Shown one piece after another: positions 1-8,865 of a DNA stretch of 64,000 bases (positions are counted from its first letter, which is position 1; each line of letters opens with the position of its first letter). The notes beneath the pieces were generated by a model. That model was given only the letters and a program-made list of their open reading frames with translations. It had not been told where the DNA came from and made no database searches. The translations under genes were made by a program, and so were the position numbers. Origin of the DNA: Escherichia coli (GTDB taxonomy: Bacteria > Pseudomonadota > Gammaproteobacteria > Enterobacterales > Enterobacteriaceae); the NCBI RefSeq assembly GCF_024700885.2, contig NZ_CP117014.1; one strand, written 5' to 3'.

Positions 1-42
1 GTGGTGGACGACGAGTGATGGGAAAAGACTGTAGTTGTTCAT
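1..42 (-). CDS. Partial ORF start (MNNYSLFPSLVVHH...) running off the left window edge
   Basis: ATG at 42-40 on minus strand preceded by AAGGAG (53-58); only 14 codons visible. By P1 synteny the gene after ref would be mat, unverified. Confidence 0.2.
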   Translation of the reverse strand, partial: MNNYSLFPSLVVHH

Positions 43-287
43 AGTGTAGTGACTCCTTGCTTTCGGAGCCGCCATCGACTGTTCCACGGTCTGGTGGCGG
101 CGCAATAAAGGCTGGAACACCGTGAGTCAACGGGGGCTTTTCAGCCACCTATATTGCACCGCCATAGGTATGACGGCGGCAATAATACGAAAAACTAAAC
201 AGTTTGTCTCAAAAAGTTGACCGGTGTGCCAATCGGTAGTGAATGTACATCGGAGAAATTTACAATTCAACTTAAAATGTTAGAAAA

Positions 288-866
288 CTAATTTATCGAT
301 TCAATCGCCATCTGATACAACGTCATTTCATCGGCATTGTGCCGTATGAAATCTGCTTTTCCGCCTATTTTTCCATCAGCATGAACAGGGACCAGCCAGG
401 GATATTGTTCTCGGACCTCGGCTGGCGCTGCGTACTGGTGGTGCCATTTACACAAAGGGAGGACATATTTATGCGCGTTCTCTGCCGTTCTCCCGAAGAT
501 ATGGTGCAGGGATACCACTGGGCTATGTTGCCCGTGAATATGGCAGGCAATGCAGGGGAGAGTACCTATAGCGGTCTGTATCCGGCGTTCATCGGCTGTG
601 AGTGATCTGCCTTTCAGGCCGCGTGACGTGCGTGTTTTTTTGGGCGGAGCGGATACAGCTTTATCTTTTCTCCGCTGTTCATATTGCTTTGCTTTTTCAT
701 TTTTCTTTTGCCGATATTCAGGCGATGCGGCCTTTTCTCTCGCTCGCTGCTGCTGGCGTTGAGCTTGTTGAAGGCGCTTTGCCCTTTGTTCCTCTCGCCA
801 GGCCGGGTCAGCCAATTTTTGCATGGCTTTTTGTCTCTGTTTCTCCCAATAACTCTGTTTCTGCAT
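288..866 (-). CDS. ref: Ref-like HNH endonuclease (recombination enhancement function)
   Basis: 192 aa; Cys/His motifs LPCIACHIHG, SLHHIFGRT, PLCKWHH, APAEVREQYPWLVPVHADG match my recollection of P1 Ref. Confidence 0.65.
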   Translation of the reverse strand: MQKQSYWEKQRQKAMQKLADPAWREEQRAKRLQQAQRQQQRAREKAASPEYRQKKNEKAKQYEQRRKDKAVSAPPKKTRTSRGLKGRSLTADERRIQTAIGTLPCIACHIHGQHSPVVSLHHIFGRTAENAHKYVLPLCKWHHQYAAPAEVREQYPWLVPVHADGKIGGKADFIRHNADEMTLYQMAIESIN

Positions 867-936
867 GATGGCAGTCTCTTACTTTTCAACGATTTTTCTA
901 TGATTGATCAAAACGGTTAGATATTCAAAATTGATT

Positions 937-944
937 TTCTAACA
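937..944 (+). promoter_or_regulatory. Operator-like motif TTCTAACA in the ref promoter region
   Basis: Lies within GTTAGA-N-ATTGATTTT-CTAACAC about 70 bp upstream of the ref start; same motif recurs at about 12 other promoters. Confidence 0.45.
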
Positions 945-1138
945 CAAAACATTAATATCATCACTGATAAATGTTTGGAGGACATGATGCTTATAGCTTT
1001 AAGTGCGATCCACCAGCCATCTGTGAATGAGATTGGCCTGTTCTATGTGTTGTTTTTCGGGGCGTTGGCGCTACTTGAGCTTGGTATTGAGCTTTTCGCA
1101 GTGCTTATGTTTTGCGTCACGATTTTGGGGAAATTTTG

Positions 1139-1750
1139 ATGGTGAAACGTGTTTTGAAAATTTACATCGCGGGGCCGATGACTGGTTATCCAGATTACAA
1201 CCGTGCTGCGTTTAATGCGAAAGCGAGCGAGCTGATGGCTGAAGGGCATATCGTTCTGAATCCAGCTGTGTTACCTGGTGGCCTTTGTCAGAGTGAATAC
1301 ATGGATATTTGCCTGGCAATGGTGCGTTCTGCTGATGCGATCTACTTGCTCAATCGATGGGAGGAATCGATTGGTGCTCGTGCAGAGCACGCGCTGGCTG
1401 AAAAGCTGGGGCTGACTGTAATTTATGAGTCACCAACCAACATTGAATGCCAGGTTGCTCCGCATATTTACCGGGAACTGGTCAATGCACTGCGTGATAT
1501 CGCTGCTGTATATCACGGCACAGAACAGCTTCGTGAGCGTTTAGCCCATACCATTTCCTATTACCTGTCTTTATCTCATGAGCACAAGCTCCGCCAGAAG
1601 GTAATGATCAAATTTATCATGAGGTTATCGAAATCCCTGGCAAACGCCGATCCAAAGAATCCATTACCGAAAGAGGCAATGAATTACCTGAAGTCCTGCA
1701 ACGTTGTTTCTGAAGATGGCGTTCTTTTGGTTAGAAGGAGTTCTGCGTGA
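1139..1750 (+). CDS. DUF4406-like (nucleoside 2-deoxyribosyltransferase-fold) protein with a C-terminal module shared with the 8866-10386 protein
   Basis: KIYIAGPMTGYPDYNRAAF...VLNPA motif; C-terminal PHIYRELVNALRDIA..GTEQLRERL recurs as PHVYRELVNRLHDTA..GTQQLRERI. ATG at 1139 chosen over the upstream alternative start at 1112. Confidence 0.5.
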   Translation: MVKRVLKIYIAGPMTGYPDYNRAAFNAKASELMAEGHIVLNPAVLPGGLCQSEYMDICLAMVRSADAIYLLNRWEESIGARAEHALAEKLGLTVIYESPTNIECQVAPHIYRELVNALRDIAAVYHGTEQLRERLAHTISYYLSLSHEHKLRQKVMIKFIMRLSKSLANADPKNPLPKEAMNYLKSCNVVSEDGVLLVRRSSA

Positions 1751-1779
1751 GCTGGCGGGGATGGGGAAGGGCAGAAATC

Positions 1780-2064
1780 ATGATACTCCGCCAGTGCGCC
1801 GGAACTATGACGGTCGAGAGTATTGGGAAGCTGATCGGTCGTACCGGTGATGCCGTCAGGACTAAAGCGCGGGAGTTGGGGATCAGCATGATTCTGAAAG
1901 GAGACTTTCATCCGTCAGCCAAATTCCGGCAGAGCGATATAGAACTGGCGCGGCAGCTTCATCAGTGTGGTGTTCCCCGCCGTGAGATCGCGGAAAAACT
2001 CGAAATGCCCCTGGGCATGATTAATCAGTACGTTTATTTCGAAAGGAGAGTACATGAAGTCTGA
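1780..2064 (+). CDS. Small putative DNA-binding (HTH) protein
   Basis: ORF; segment TVESIGKLIGRTGDAVRTKARELGI is HTH-like. Start taken at the internal ATG with an RBS. Confidence 0.4.
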   Translation: MILRQCAGTMTVESIGKLIGRTGDAVRTKARELGISMILKGDFHPSAKFRQSDIELARQLHQCGVPRREIAEKLEMPLGMINQYVYFERRVHEV

Positions 2065-2557
2065 AGGTTTAACGCCAGCACAACTGGCAGAGCGTAACGC
2101 TGAGTATGTAACGGAAATTTCCCGACTTGAGAAAGCGTGTGCTGCGCTGGCGGCGGAGAATGCGAGACTGAATGCGATATGTGAGGATCGCCGCACGTTC
2201 ATTATGAATGGCGTGCAGCTTGGCTTTATCAAGGTGCCAACAGTGGAAATAGATCCAGCTCTCGAAACAATTCGTCTCGCCCTATCACCACAAAAAACCA
2301 CTCCTGCGACCGACACTTTCCTGGATGAAGTGAAGACTGAAGCACGCAAGGAGGGCGCTTACTTTGTGGCGAACAGGATGCTGGCTGCTTGGGAAGCTGG
2401 TTTTATTGATGATACTGCGAAGAACGCCGCGGATATTGCCCGGATGATTCTTACCTCTACTGAGTTTATGGCTAATGCGCGGGAAGGCGATTTTGACCGC
2501 TCATTCTCTGATGGCGTTCTCGAAGATATCGCCGAACAGCTTAGAAAAGGAAGGTAA
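2054..2557 (+). CDS. Ead/Ea22-like coiled-coil protein (paralog family member)
   Basis: ACAALAAENARL motif and C-terminal similarity to 5775-6488 (FLDEVKTEARKEGAYF / FLAEIRAEARNEGVNY); RBS AAGGAGAG. Confidence 0.5.
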   Translation: MKSEGLTPAQLAERNAEYVTEISRLEKACAALAAENARLNAICEDRRTFIMNGVQLGFIKVPTVEIDPALETIRLALSPQKTTPATDTFLDEVKTEARKEGAYFVANRMLAAWEAGFIDDTAKNAADIARMILTSTEFMANAREGDFDRSFSDGVLEDIAEQLRKGR

Positions 2558-2560
2558 ACA

Positions 2561-2809
2561 GTGAGTAATACCGCACGACTACAGCTTGGTTTTTCACCGC
2601 TATCAAAAACCATCGTGTTGGCAAAAATGCGTGACTTAGGGGATGGAACAAAACGTCGTGTTGGCAATGATCGCGGTCGTGATGTAACCAACGAGGCCGC
2701 TCAACTCCTCTGGCATCTGGTCATGGCAGAAGGCGGTGAAATTAATTGGGAGCTGGATGATGGTTCTCGCATGGTATTGAAGGCAGAAAAGCAGGAACCA
2801 CCACAGTGA
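2561..2809 (+). CDS. Hypothetical small protein
   Basis: ORF with GTG start and RBS, translationally coupled to neighbours. Confidence 0.35.
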   Translation: MSNTARLQLGFSPLSKTIVLAKMRDLGDGTKRRVGNDRGRDVTNEAAQLLWHLVMAEGGEINWELDDGSRMVLKAEKQEPPQ

Positions 2810-3081
2810 ATATCGACACCACGATAACGCTCGATACGGCCCTAAATACCGGTCTGGCACTTCTTGGTTGGCTTTACATCATGTCCCGTACCTGGCGATG
2901 GCTGGGTTCCATTTTCCTAAAAGAGTGGAAAAAACGGCGCAAACAGGAACTACGCCAGAAGGCATTAGAAGCGTTCTATGACGCATTTGAACTTAGCCGC
3001 ATTGAACCAGGCACAACAGCCAGAATAGCGACAAAAGGCGACCTGATGATAGTGATGTTCAGACAGGAGAAAACCAAATGA
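2806..3081 (+). CDS. Hypothetical small membrane protein
   Basis: ORF with hydrophobic stretch LNTGLALLGWLYIM; overlapping start/stop coupling. Confidence 0.35.
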   Translation: MNIDTTITLDTALNTGLALLGWLYIMSRTWRWLGSIFLKEWKKRRKQELRQKALEAFYDAFELSRIEPGTTARIATKGDLMIVMFRQEKTK

Positions 3082-3302
3082 CAGAACAGACGATGACAAA
3101 TCGCGAACTTGTTGATGCCGCGATTGAACTTGCTGGCGATTTTTATTCCATGATGGGGTACACGCATCGCCCAGGCTTCAAATATTGGGAGTCTCCGCAC
3201 CCGCAAGAGCAACGGGTATTTCAAATGGCCTGCCGCGCTTTTGAAGTTATTCGCGGTTCTGATGTGATGGACGCGGTTGCTGATTTGGAGGATGAAGAGT
3301 GA
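3078..3302 (+). CDS. Hypothetical small acidic protein
   Basis: ORF with ATG and RBS AGGAGA; coupled to neighbours. Confidence 0.35.
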   Translation: MTEQTMTNRELVDAAIELAGDFYSMMGYTHRPGFKYWESPHPQEQRVFQMACRAFEVIRGSDVMDAVADLEDEE

Positions 3303-3610
3303 ACACAATTAAAGAAATGCCGGTAGAACGTGATGAATATGGCTGCTGGACACATCCGGAGTATGAGAAGTTTTGCGCAGGTCGTGAATATATTTCCACT
3401 GAGGAATTTGACGCCTGGATGAAGGAAAATAATCTTCAGTGGACTATTCGCAGTATGGATGAAGATGATTTTGATCTGGACGCAGCTGGTCCCGATATTG
3501 CCGCCTGGGAACCGGAGCGACCAGAGGGTGAAGGCTGGTTTGTTGGCTCTATTCATGACACTGAAGATGGTCCGGTTTGTATCTGGCTGCGTGAGAAGGT
3601 TGCCGCATGA
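3299..3610 (+). CDS. Hypothetical small acidic protein
   Basis: ORF with GTG start and RBS GGAGGA. Confidence 0.35.
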   Translation: MNTIKEMPVERDEYGCWTHPEYEKFCAGREYISTEEFDAWMKENNLQWTIRSMDEDDFDLDAAGPDIAAWEPERPEGEGWFVGSIHDTEDGPVCIWLREKVAA

Positions 3611-3767
3611 CCCAGGCTCTGCATGAAGTGAATTTATATAGCCGTATTGATGGTTCTGGCTATAGAAACTAGACACGGGCGCGGTTTTTAGCGGAAATCT
3701 GACGCTAATGCAGGTGAAGGGAGGGCAGCTTAAAGTCTGATCAAATCATTTACGCACTCAAAATCAC

Positions 3768-3796
3768 GTTAGAACATTGATTTTAGTTTTCTAACA
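3768..3796 (+). promoter_or_regulatory. Operator-like inverted repeat GTTAGAA-N14-TTCTAAC overlapping a putative promoter
   Basis: Perfect 7-bp inverted half-sites 45 bp upstream of the 3839 start; contains the recurrent TTCTAACA motif. Confidence 0.45.
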
Positions 3797-3838
3797 TATT
3801 ATTTTACCGATCGGAACAAAACAGAGTCGGTATGCATT

Positions 3839-4834
3839 ATGAGTGCAATAATCACCCCATATGTCGTAAATGAAACTGGTGTGGCTGTCTTTCCTGTAGA
3901 TAAGCCCACCAGCAATTACATCGGCGCAGGACGCCGTTTTCTTATATCCCCATTGCCGCGTGAACAGGCTGAAAACACCCCTGATGGTGTCGTTGACCTG
4001 AATTATTCACTGGTTGCCAACCAGTCACTGGCACCCTTTTTTCAAAGTGAGCGCGTATTTAACGCGTTAGGTGGTGAGGATTCTCTCGTTCACTGGGTTA
4101 GCACCAACATTCACGATTGCCAGGTGCATGATAAGCGCGATTGCAGCCACCAGCTAACCACCCATTTCTATAACGGTTCTGCCGTTCGCCTGTGCTGGAA
4201 GCATGATGCGGAATACATGATGAAGGGATACGGCAAGCTGGAAGACCAACTGTCACTGAATCGCGCCAACTGGATTATGAACTGGGCTGCCAGCGAGTTA
4301 AAACTTCCGCCAGATCGCGATCTGAGCATGGTTGAACTCACCTTTTGGGCCATTCGCCGGAATCTTAAAGACGAACTGCCTGATGAAGCTGGTCGCATTG
4401 CATTTTGTCAGCCAAAAACTGAAATCCCTACCGGCACTCTGAAAGAGTCGGATATTACTTGGGAGCATAGTACCCGCGAGCTGGTGGATATTTCCGCAGA
4501 GCAGATCGTCAATCTGTCCGTCGATGAAGATTCTGGCCTCCTATATATGCGCCGTCCAAAAACCTTACTCGGAAAAAGCCCGGCTTATCTCCGGTTTGTG
4601 GTGTCTCGCCCGTGTGTAGGCTGCGGCGGCAAGGTTAATCACCCATTCATGTACCGCGCCCGCTCGTTAAACGAACACGACCGCTGGACTGTTCCTCTTT
4701 GCGATGACTGCGCCAGAAGCGCAGAAAACGATGTCCGGGCATGGGAAAAAGCACATGGCATACGCCTTTACGTAGCCGCTAACCAGCTTTTCGACTTCGC
4801 CATTGAGCGCGGAGTGATCACGTTCAATAACTGA
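3839..4834 (+). CDS. DUF968-like / HNH-like Cys-His protein
   Basis: 331 aa; C-terminal CVGCGG...HPFMYRARSLNEHDRWTVPLCDDCAR resembles the Ref-type Cys/His cluster. Confidence 0.5.
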   Translation: MSAIITPYVVNETGVAVFPVDKPTSNYIGAGRRFLISPLPREQAENTPDGVVDLNYSLVANQSLAPFFQSERVFNALGGEDSLVHWVSTNIHDCQVHDKRDCSHQLTTHFYNGSAVRLCWKHDAEYMMKGYGKLEDQLSLNRANWIMNWAASELKLPPDRDLSMVELTFWAIRRNLKDELPDEAGRIAFCQPKTEIPTGTLKESDITWEHSTRELVDISAEQIVNLSVDEDSGLLYMRRPKTLLGKSPAYLRFVVSRPCVGCGGKVNHPFMYRARSLNEHDRWTVPLCDDCARSAENDVRAWEKAHGIRLYVAANQLFDFAIERGVITFNN

Positions 4835-4847
4835 TGGGAGCAATGCA

Positions 4848-5141
4848 ATGAGTCAAGGTAATGGTGACGGAGCTGCAAAGTGCAGAATCTCCACTTGTTT
4901 GATTAATGACAAAAAAATAGAACCGTGCGCGGCGTTGGCACAATCTCTGGAGAAGGATGCTGAATACACGACGCGGAAAGGTCTGCTGAAATACAAAATC
5001 TATAACCATGAATTAATTCATTCACAAGACCTGATCATGCTGCGGTCTGGTGAATTTTCTAAATCGCCTATTCGAGTTTCATTTTGCCCATTCTGTGGTG
5101 AAAGTCTGAAAACGTGGGAAGCGGAGGCAACCAGTGAATAA
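4848..5141 (+). CDS. Small Cys-rich protein with C-terminal zinc-ribbon-like CPFCGE
   Basis: ORF with ATG and RBS; CxxC pairs. Confidence 0.35.
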   Translation: MSQGNGDGAAKCRISTCLINDKKIEPCAALAQSLEKDAEYTTRKGLLKYKIYNHELIHSQDLIMLRSGEFSKSPIRVSFCPFCGESLKTWEAEATSE

Positions 5142-5778
5142 CCGCTTTTACATGATGTGCTTGCGTGAAACTGTGGGTAATAACGCCTCATTCCATTGCC
5201 ATAACGGCAATGGTTACAGTTCTGATATCGATCGCGCTCATATTTACACGCTGGAAGAAGCCCAAAAAGCCTGGAATTGTGGGCGAGATATCGATCAGCC
5301 TGTTTGTGCCGATAGTGTGGATGCAATGGCTGTGTGGCACGTTGATTGCCAGTACATCCCTACAGAAAGCCTGATTGAGTCAGATTGCACTGAGTATGTG
5401 GCCTACAAAAAAGGTAGCTGGAACGGCAACGATGTTTACTGGCTTCAACACGGTGGATTGCCAACAGATGACTTCAGTAAAGCGACCATCTTTAGCTTCG
5501 CCAACAAAAACGAACCAGGAATAGTTTGGTTGCCATTTTCCATTGCTGATGCAGCAAAGCGCCGGACGTTCAATATCAATAACTTTAACCGCAGAACAAT
5601 GGTTCAGGGCGCAGGTTTGGTCATGCCTGACTGGTTGAAAGAGCAGAACAGAAGAAAGAAGTCGCGAAGCGGGAAGGTGCGTTGGAATTGTCCGCATTGC
5701 GGAAAAATAACCTGGCAGTACAGCCCATATGATTTTGAAGGCTGTCGTGATTACAACTGTGAAGGATGGCGAGAATGA
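5134..5778 (+). CDS. Hypothetical protein with C-terminal zinc-ribbon-like motif
   Basis: 214-aa ORF; WNCPHCGK...CEGW near the C-terminus; start uncertain (GTG 5134 or ATG 5152). Confidence 0.35.
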   Translation: MNNRFYMMCLRETVGNNASFHCHNGNGYSSDIDRAHIYTLEEAQKAWNCGRDIDQPVCADSVDAMAVWHVDCQYIPTESLIESDCTEYVAYKKGSWNGNDVYWLQHGGLPTDDFSKATIFSFANKNEPGIVWLPFSIADAAKRRTFNINNFNRRTMVQGAGLVMPDWLKEQNRRKKSRSGKVRWNCPHCGKITWQYSPYDFEGCRDYNCEGWRE

Positions 5779-6488
5779 CAATTGACTATCAGGTACTGCG
5801 TGAGGCGGCAGAAAAGGCAACACCAGACGAATGGGTCGCATTTATTTCGACGGATACTGGTACTTATGCGGTGCACACGCCCGGTGATGAACGATGTGAA
5901 GACGTTATCAAATGGACCGGCTTTGATGGACAGAAAAATGCAGAGAACAACGCTCGTTATGTTGCCGCGTTCAACCCAAAGGTTGCACTGGAGCTTCTTG
6001 GTGAAATTAAGCGCCTGGAGGACACAAATATTGATGCTATGTGTCGAATTGCAGAGCTTGAGACTAATCTCGCGGCGCTGGCGGCGGAGAATGAACTGGC
6101 TCGTAAGGCAGTTCAGGCATTCTGCGATGTTGTTGGCGACAACACCGAGGTTATCGCTGAGGAGGTTGGGCGAGATGGCGTTCTGGTTATTTTGGAGGCC
6201 ATGAAGGCAACAGGAAATATGCCAGCCACCGATGCTTTTCTGGCTGAAATTCGTGCGGAAGCACGCAACGAGGGAGTTAACTATACCGCCAGCCGTCTTG
6301 CTGCTGCGTTCAATCACGGATTTATCAATAAGTCTTTGCGTGAAGTTTTCGACGTTACACGCATGATTTTGTCAGCGAAAGAAGAGTTGGCTAATGAAGC
6401 GCATCCGATTGATGGCCTGTCTGGTGAATATGCGGAGAAATCCCTTGAAGAATGGGCGGAACAGATTCGCAAAGGAGCTGACAAGTGA
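5775..6488 (+). CDS. Ead/Ea22-like protein (paralog of 7423-8178 N-terminus and 2054-2557 C-terminus)
   Basis: N-terminal MTIDYQVLREAAEKAT...AAFNPKVALELL matches 7423 ORF (MSKINYQALREAAEKAT...AAFNPKVALALL); LAALAAENE coiled coil. Confidence 0.5.
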   Translation: MTIDYQVLREAAEKATPDEWVAFISTDTGTYAVHTPGDERCEDVIKWTGFDGQKNAENNARYVAAFNPKVALELLGEIKRLEDTNIDAMCRIAELETNLAALAAENELARKAVQAFCDVVGDNTEVIAEEVGRDGVLVILEAMKATGNMPATDAFLAEIRAEARNEGVNYTASRLAAAFNHGFINKSLREVFDVTRMILSAKEELANEAHPIDGLSGEYAEKSLEEWAEQIRKGADK

Positions 6489-6895
6489 AGAAGATGATTT
6501 TTATCGCGGCATTGTTGGTGAATATCCAACAAGTGCATGCTTCAGCAGCTATTGTAGCCTCTACCGCCGCGACTACGGCTGCTGTAGCTGCTGCGAACTC
6601 TGCGAATATCGCAAACCAACAGGCACAGCGTGCTGCTAATGCATCAGCCAGCGTTCACTCAATCACCATTAAGAGCAGTAAGCAAAATCTGGGATTCATA
6701 ACGTGCGGCACGCGTTCTAATGAAGCTGTAGGTTCACTTGGATGTACGGTATATGGGGGTAGTGAGAATAGAGAAATTCCATGGAAAACGTGGCCCGGAT
6801 ACGTTCTTGGCTCGAAGCTCCCGGCCAGTTATGAAGTAAACGCCGTATCGTTTGATCACTATAACGGCGTGGCAACGGTCTATTTTGCATATTGA
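6485..6895 (+). CDS. Small secreted/periplasmic protein (signal peptide)
   Basis: N-terminal MKKMIFIAALLVNIQQVHA followed by an Ala/Thr-rich region; no lipobox cysteine. Confidence 0.4.
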   Translation: MKKMIFIAALLVNIQQVHASAAIVASTAATTAAVAAANSANIANQQAQRAANASASVHSITIKSSKQNLGFITCGTRSNEAVGSLGCTVYGGSENREIPWKTWPGYVLGSKLPASYEVNAVSFDHYNGVATVYFAY

Positions 6896-6902
6896 GGCCC
6901 GC

Positions 6903-7436
6903 ATGAAATTCTCCAAATTTTCTGAGTTGGTGAATCGTATTTTGTTGAATCGTATTTTGTCCAACAACCACAGCCATCGTCGCGATATGGATGTAACGAT
7001 CGTTGTTCATTCGCCTGGCAGCATTGGTTCAACACCCTCAGTTGAGGTTCAGTCAATTCACGCTGGTTTTGATTGGGATTCCGGGAAAGTGCTGATTTTC
7101 CCAGCACAGCCACTGACCACTCTAACACCAGAACAGATTACTGATATTACTGATAGTGTGCGCAAAGGTCAGTCCTGGCACGCATATCAGGAATACAAGA
7201 AGCATAAAGAGCAGTTGGAAAAATTATCGATTGAACTTGATACCGCAAAACAGCGCATTGCAGAGCTGGAGAGCAATCGCGCGGCGCTGGCGGCGGAGCA
7301 TGGTATTCAGATTGCAATAAATGAACTGCTTGCTCTGGCCCCGCGTCTGGATAAACGAGCGGTGGATGCACTCTCTGTGGCTGTGGAGCACCTGTGTAAA
7401 CTGATTAAGAAGGAGGCAGTCAGTGAGCAAAATTAA
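6903..7436 (+). CDS. Ead/Ea22-like coiled-coil protein
   Basis: ELESNRAALAAEHG motif; ATG at 6903 with RBS chosen over the upstream alternative start. Confidence 0.4.
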   Translation: MKFSKFSELVNRILLNRILSNNHSHRRDMDVTIVVHSPGSIGSTPSVEVQSIHAGFDWDSGKVLIFPAQPLTTLTPEQITDITDSVRKGQSWHAYQEYKKHKEQLEKLSIELDTAKQRIAELESNRAALAAEHGIQIAINELLALAPRLDKRAVDALSVAVEHLCKLIKKEAVSEQN

Positions 7437-8178
7437 TTACCAGGCACTGCGTGAGGCGGCAGAGAAAGCAACGTGGGGAGACTGGGACTCATATAAACCA
7501 CACCGTGGCGCACGTGGTTATAAGGTCCGACTAAGTGGTCAGGCCATTGCGCAACACGTTCTGAAAAACAACGCTGAATTTATTGCTGCCTTTAATCCAA
7601 AGGTTGCTTTGGCATTACTGGATGAACTGGAAAGAAACCAGCAATACATCAAACGCCGCGACCAGAAGAACGAGGATATTGCTCTTACGGTTGGGAAGCT
7701 GAGAGTTGAGCTTGAGGAAGTAAAACAACACGCTGAAGAATTATCCGAAACCAAGGCTGTTCGTAACCAATGGCGGCCAGATATTTGCCCAATAACCGGA
7801 CGTGCATTTTTCATGTGGATTGAGCATCCAACATTGGGAAATGTGCCGACATATGGTGGCCCATTAGATAGTTACACCATTCCAACAAAGGACGGTGACG
7901 GTGAGTTTTCATGTGAGCGTTACGATCATGATTTTGGCGGTTGGGTAGAAAGCGAATGTCTTGGGTTATATCTGATTGATGATAGAGAACAATGCAGGGT
8001 CTACGAACTGGAGGAGCGCGTTAAGGAACTGGATGCTCGGGAAATATCGCTCCCGGAACGTAGCAGCATGCTTCATCGAACAGATTTTCACGATGATTAC
8101 CAAACGGTAATGGCATACAAAGTTTCTGAAGTCATCGATGCAATCCGCGCTACTGGCATTCGCATCAAAGGAGAGTGA
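7423..8178 (+). CDS. Ead/Ea22-like protein
   Basis: GTG start with RBS AAGGAGG; N-terminal paralogy to 5775-6488. Confidence 0.45.
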   Translation: MSKINYQALREAAEKATWGDWDSYKPHRGARGYKVRLSGQAIAQHVLKNNAEFIAAFNPKVALALLDELERNQQYIKRRDQKNEDIALTVGKLRVELEEVKQHAEELSETKAVRNQWRPDICPITGRAFFMWIEHPTLGNVPTYGGPLDSYTIPTKDGDGEFSCERYDHDFGGWVESECLGLYLIDDREQCRVYELEERVKELDAREISLPERSSMLHRTDFHDDYQTVMAYKVSEVIDAIRATGIRIKGE

Positions 8179-8179
8179 G

Positions 8180-8590
8180 ATGAACGCTATAACCAAAGAA
8201 CGTATCAAATTATTCATTAAAAATCCGCTTGATAACGGACTTACTCGTGGCGAACAAATGGAACTGGCACGAATTGCTCTGGCATCGCTGGAAGCAGAGG
8301 CAGTTATGTTCTGTATATCAGGACAAAATGTAGATTCAGAAGAACATGTATCAACCAGCAAAGCGGTTGTTGATGCCTGGGTTGAAGAATGGAATCAGGT
8401 TGACGGAAGTCCTGGCGAACCACTGTACAAAACTATGCCACTCTACTATCACGCTGCCTTGCCAGCGCCGGTAGTGCCGGATGAAATGTATTGGCAGGAT
8501 GCGCCAGTTGAAGGCAGCAGCAAAGCGGCTGCATACGCTACAGGCTGGAACGCCTGCCGCGCCGCTATGCTTCATGGGAAAGGAGAGTGA
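8180..8590 (+). CDS. Hypothetical protein, N-terminal paralog of the 8866-10386 protein
   Basis: First 40 aa (MNAITKERIKLFIKNPLDNGLTRGEQMELARIALASLEA) nearly identical to 8866 ORF; about 90% DNA identity over roughly 120 bp. Confidence 0.45.
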   Translation: MNAITKERIKLFIKNPLDNGLTRGEQMELARIALASLEAEAVMFCISGQNVDSEEHVSTSKAVVDAWVEEWNQVDGSPGEPLYKTMPLYYHAALPAPVVPDEMYWQDAPVEGSSKAAAYATGWNACRAAMLHGKGE

Positions 8591-8591
8591 T

Positions 8592-8855
8592 ATGGCAACT
8601 TTAACAAAAAAAGAACGGGCATGGTTGAACGAATTACAGGACGTTCTTGATCGCTGTCCATCACCGAAAAAAATTGGTTTTTACACCATTGGCGATAAAA
8701 GCATTTACCTGTATGACCTGCGCCGCATGGATGAAATCATGGAGACTCTTGATAATCGTTCGTCGATGGATTGGTGTGTTGCTGTTCATGATATGAATGC
8801 AGGGTTTGATGAAAAGATTTTGTTCCCCTCATCAGTTGAAAGCACTGCGGGTTAA
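8592..8855 (+). CDS. Hypothetical small protein
   Basis: ORF starting MATLTKKERAWLNEL at an ATG directly after the previous stop. Confidence 0.35.
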   Translation: MATLTKKERAWLNELQDVLDRCPSPKKIGFYTIGDKSIYLYDLRRMDEIMETLDNRSSMDWCVAVHDMNAGFDEKILFPSSVESTAG

Positions 8856-8865
8856 GGAGTAACAC

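Noticed and set aside
339-868. Several 60-90-aa plus-strand ORFs overlapping the ref-like gene
   Set aside because: Embedded antisense in a gene with strong motif support; no independent signals.
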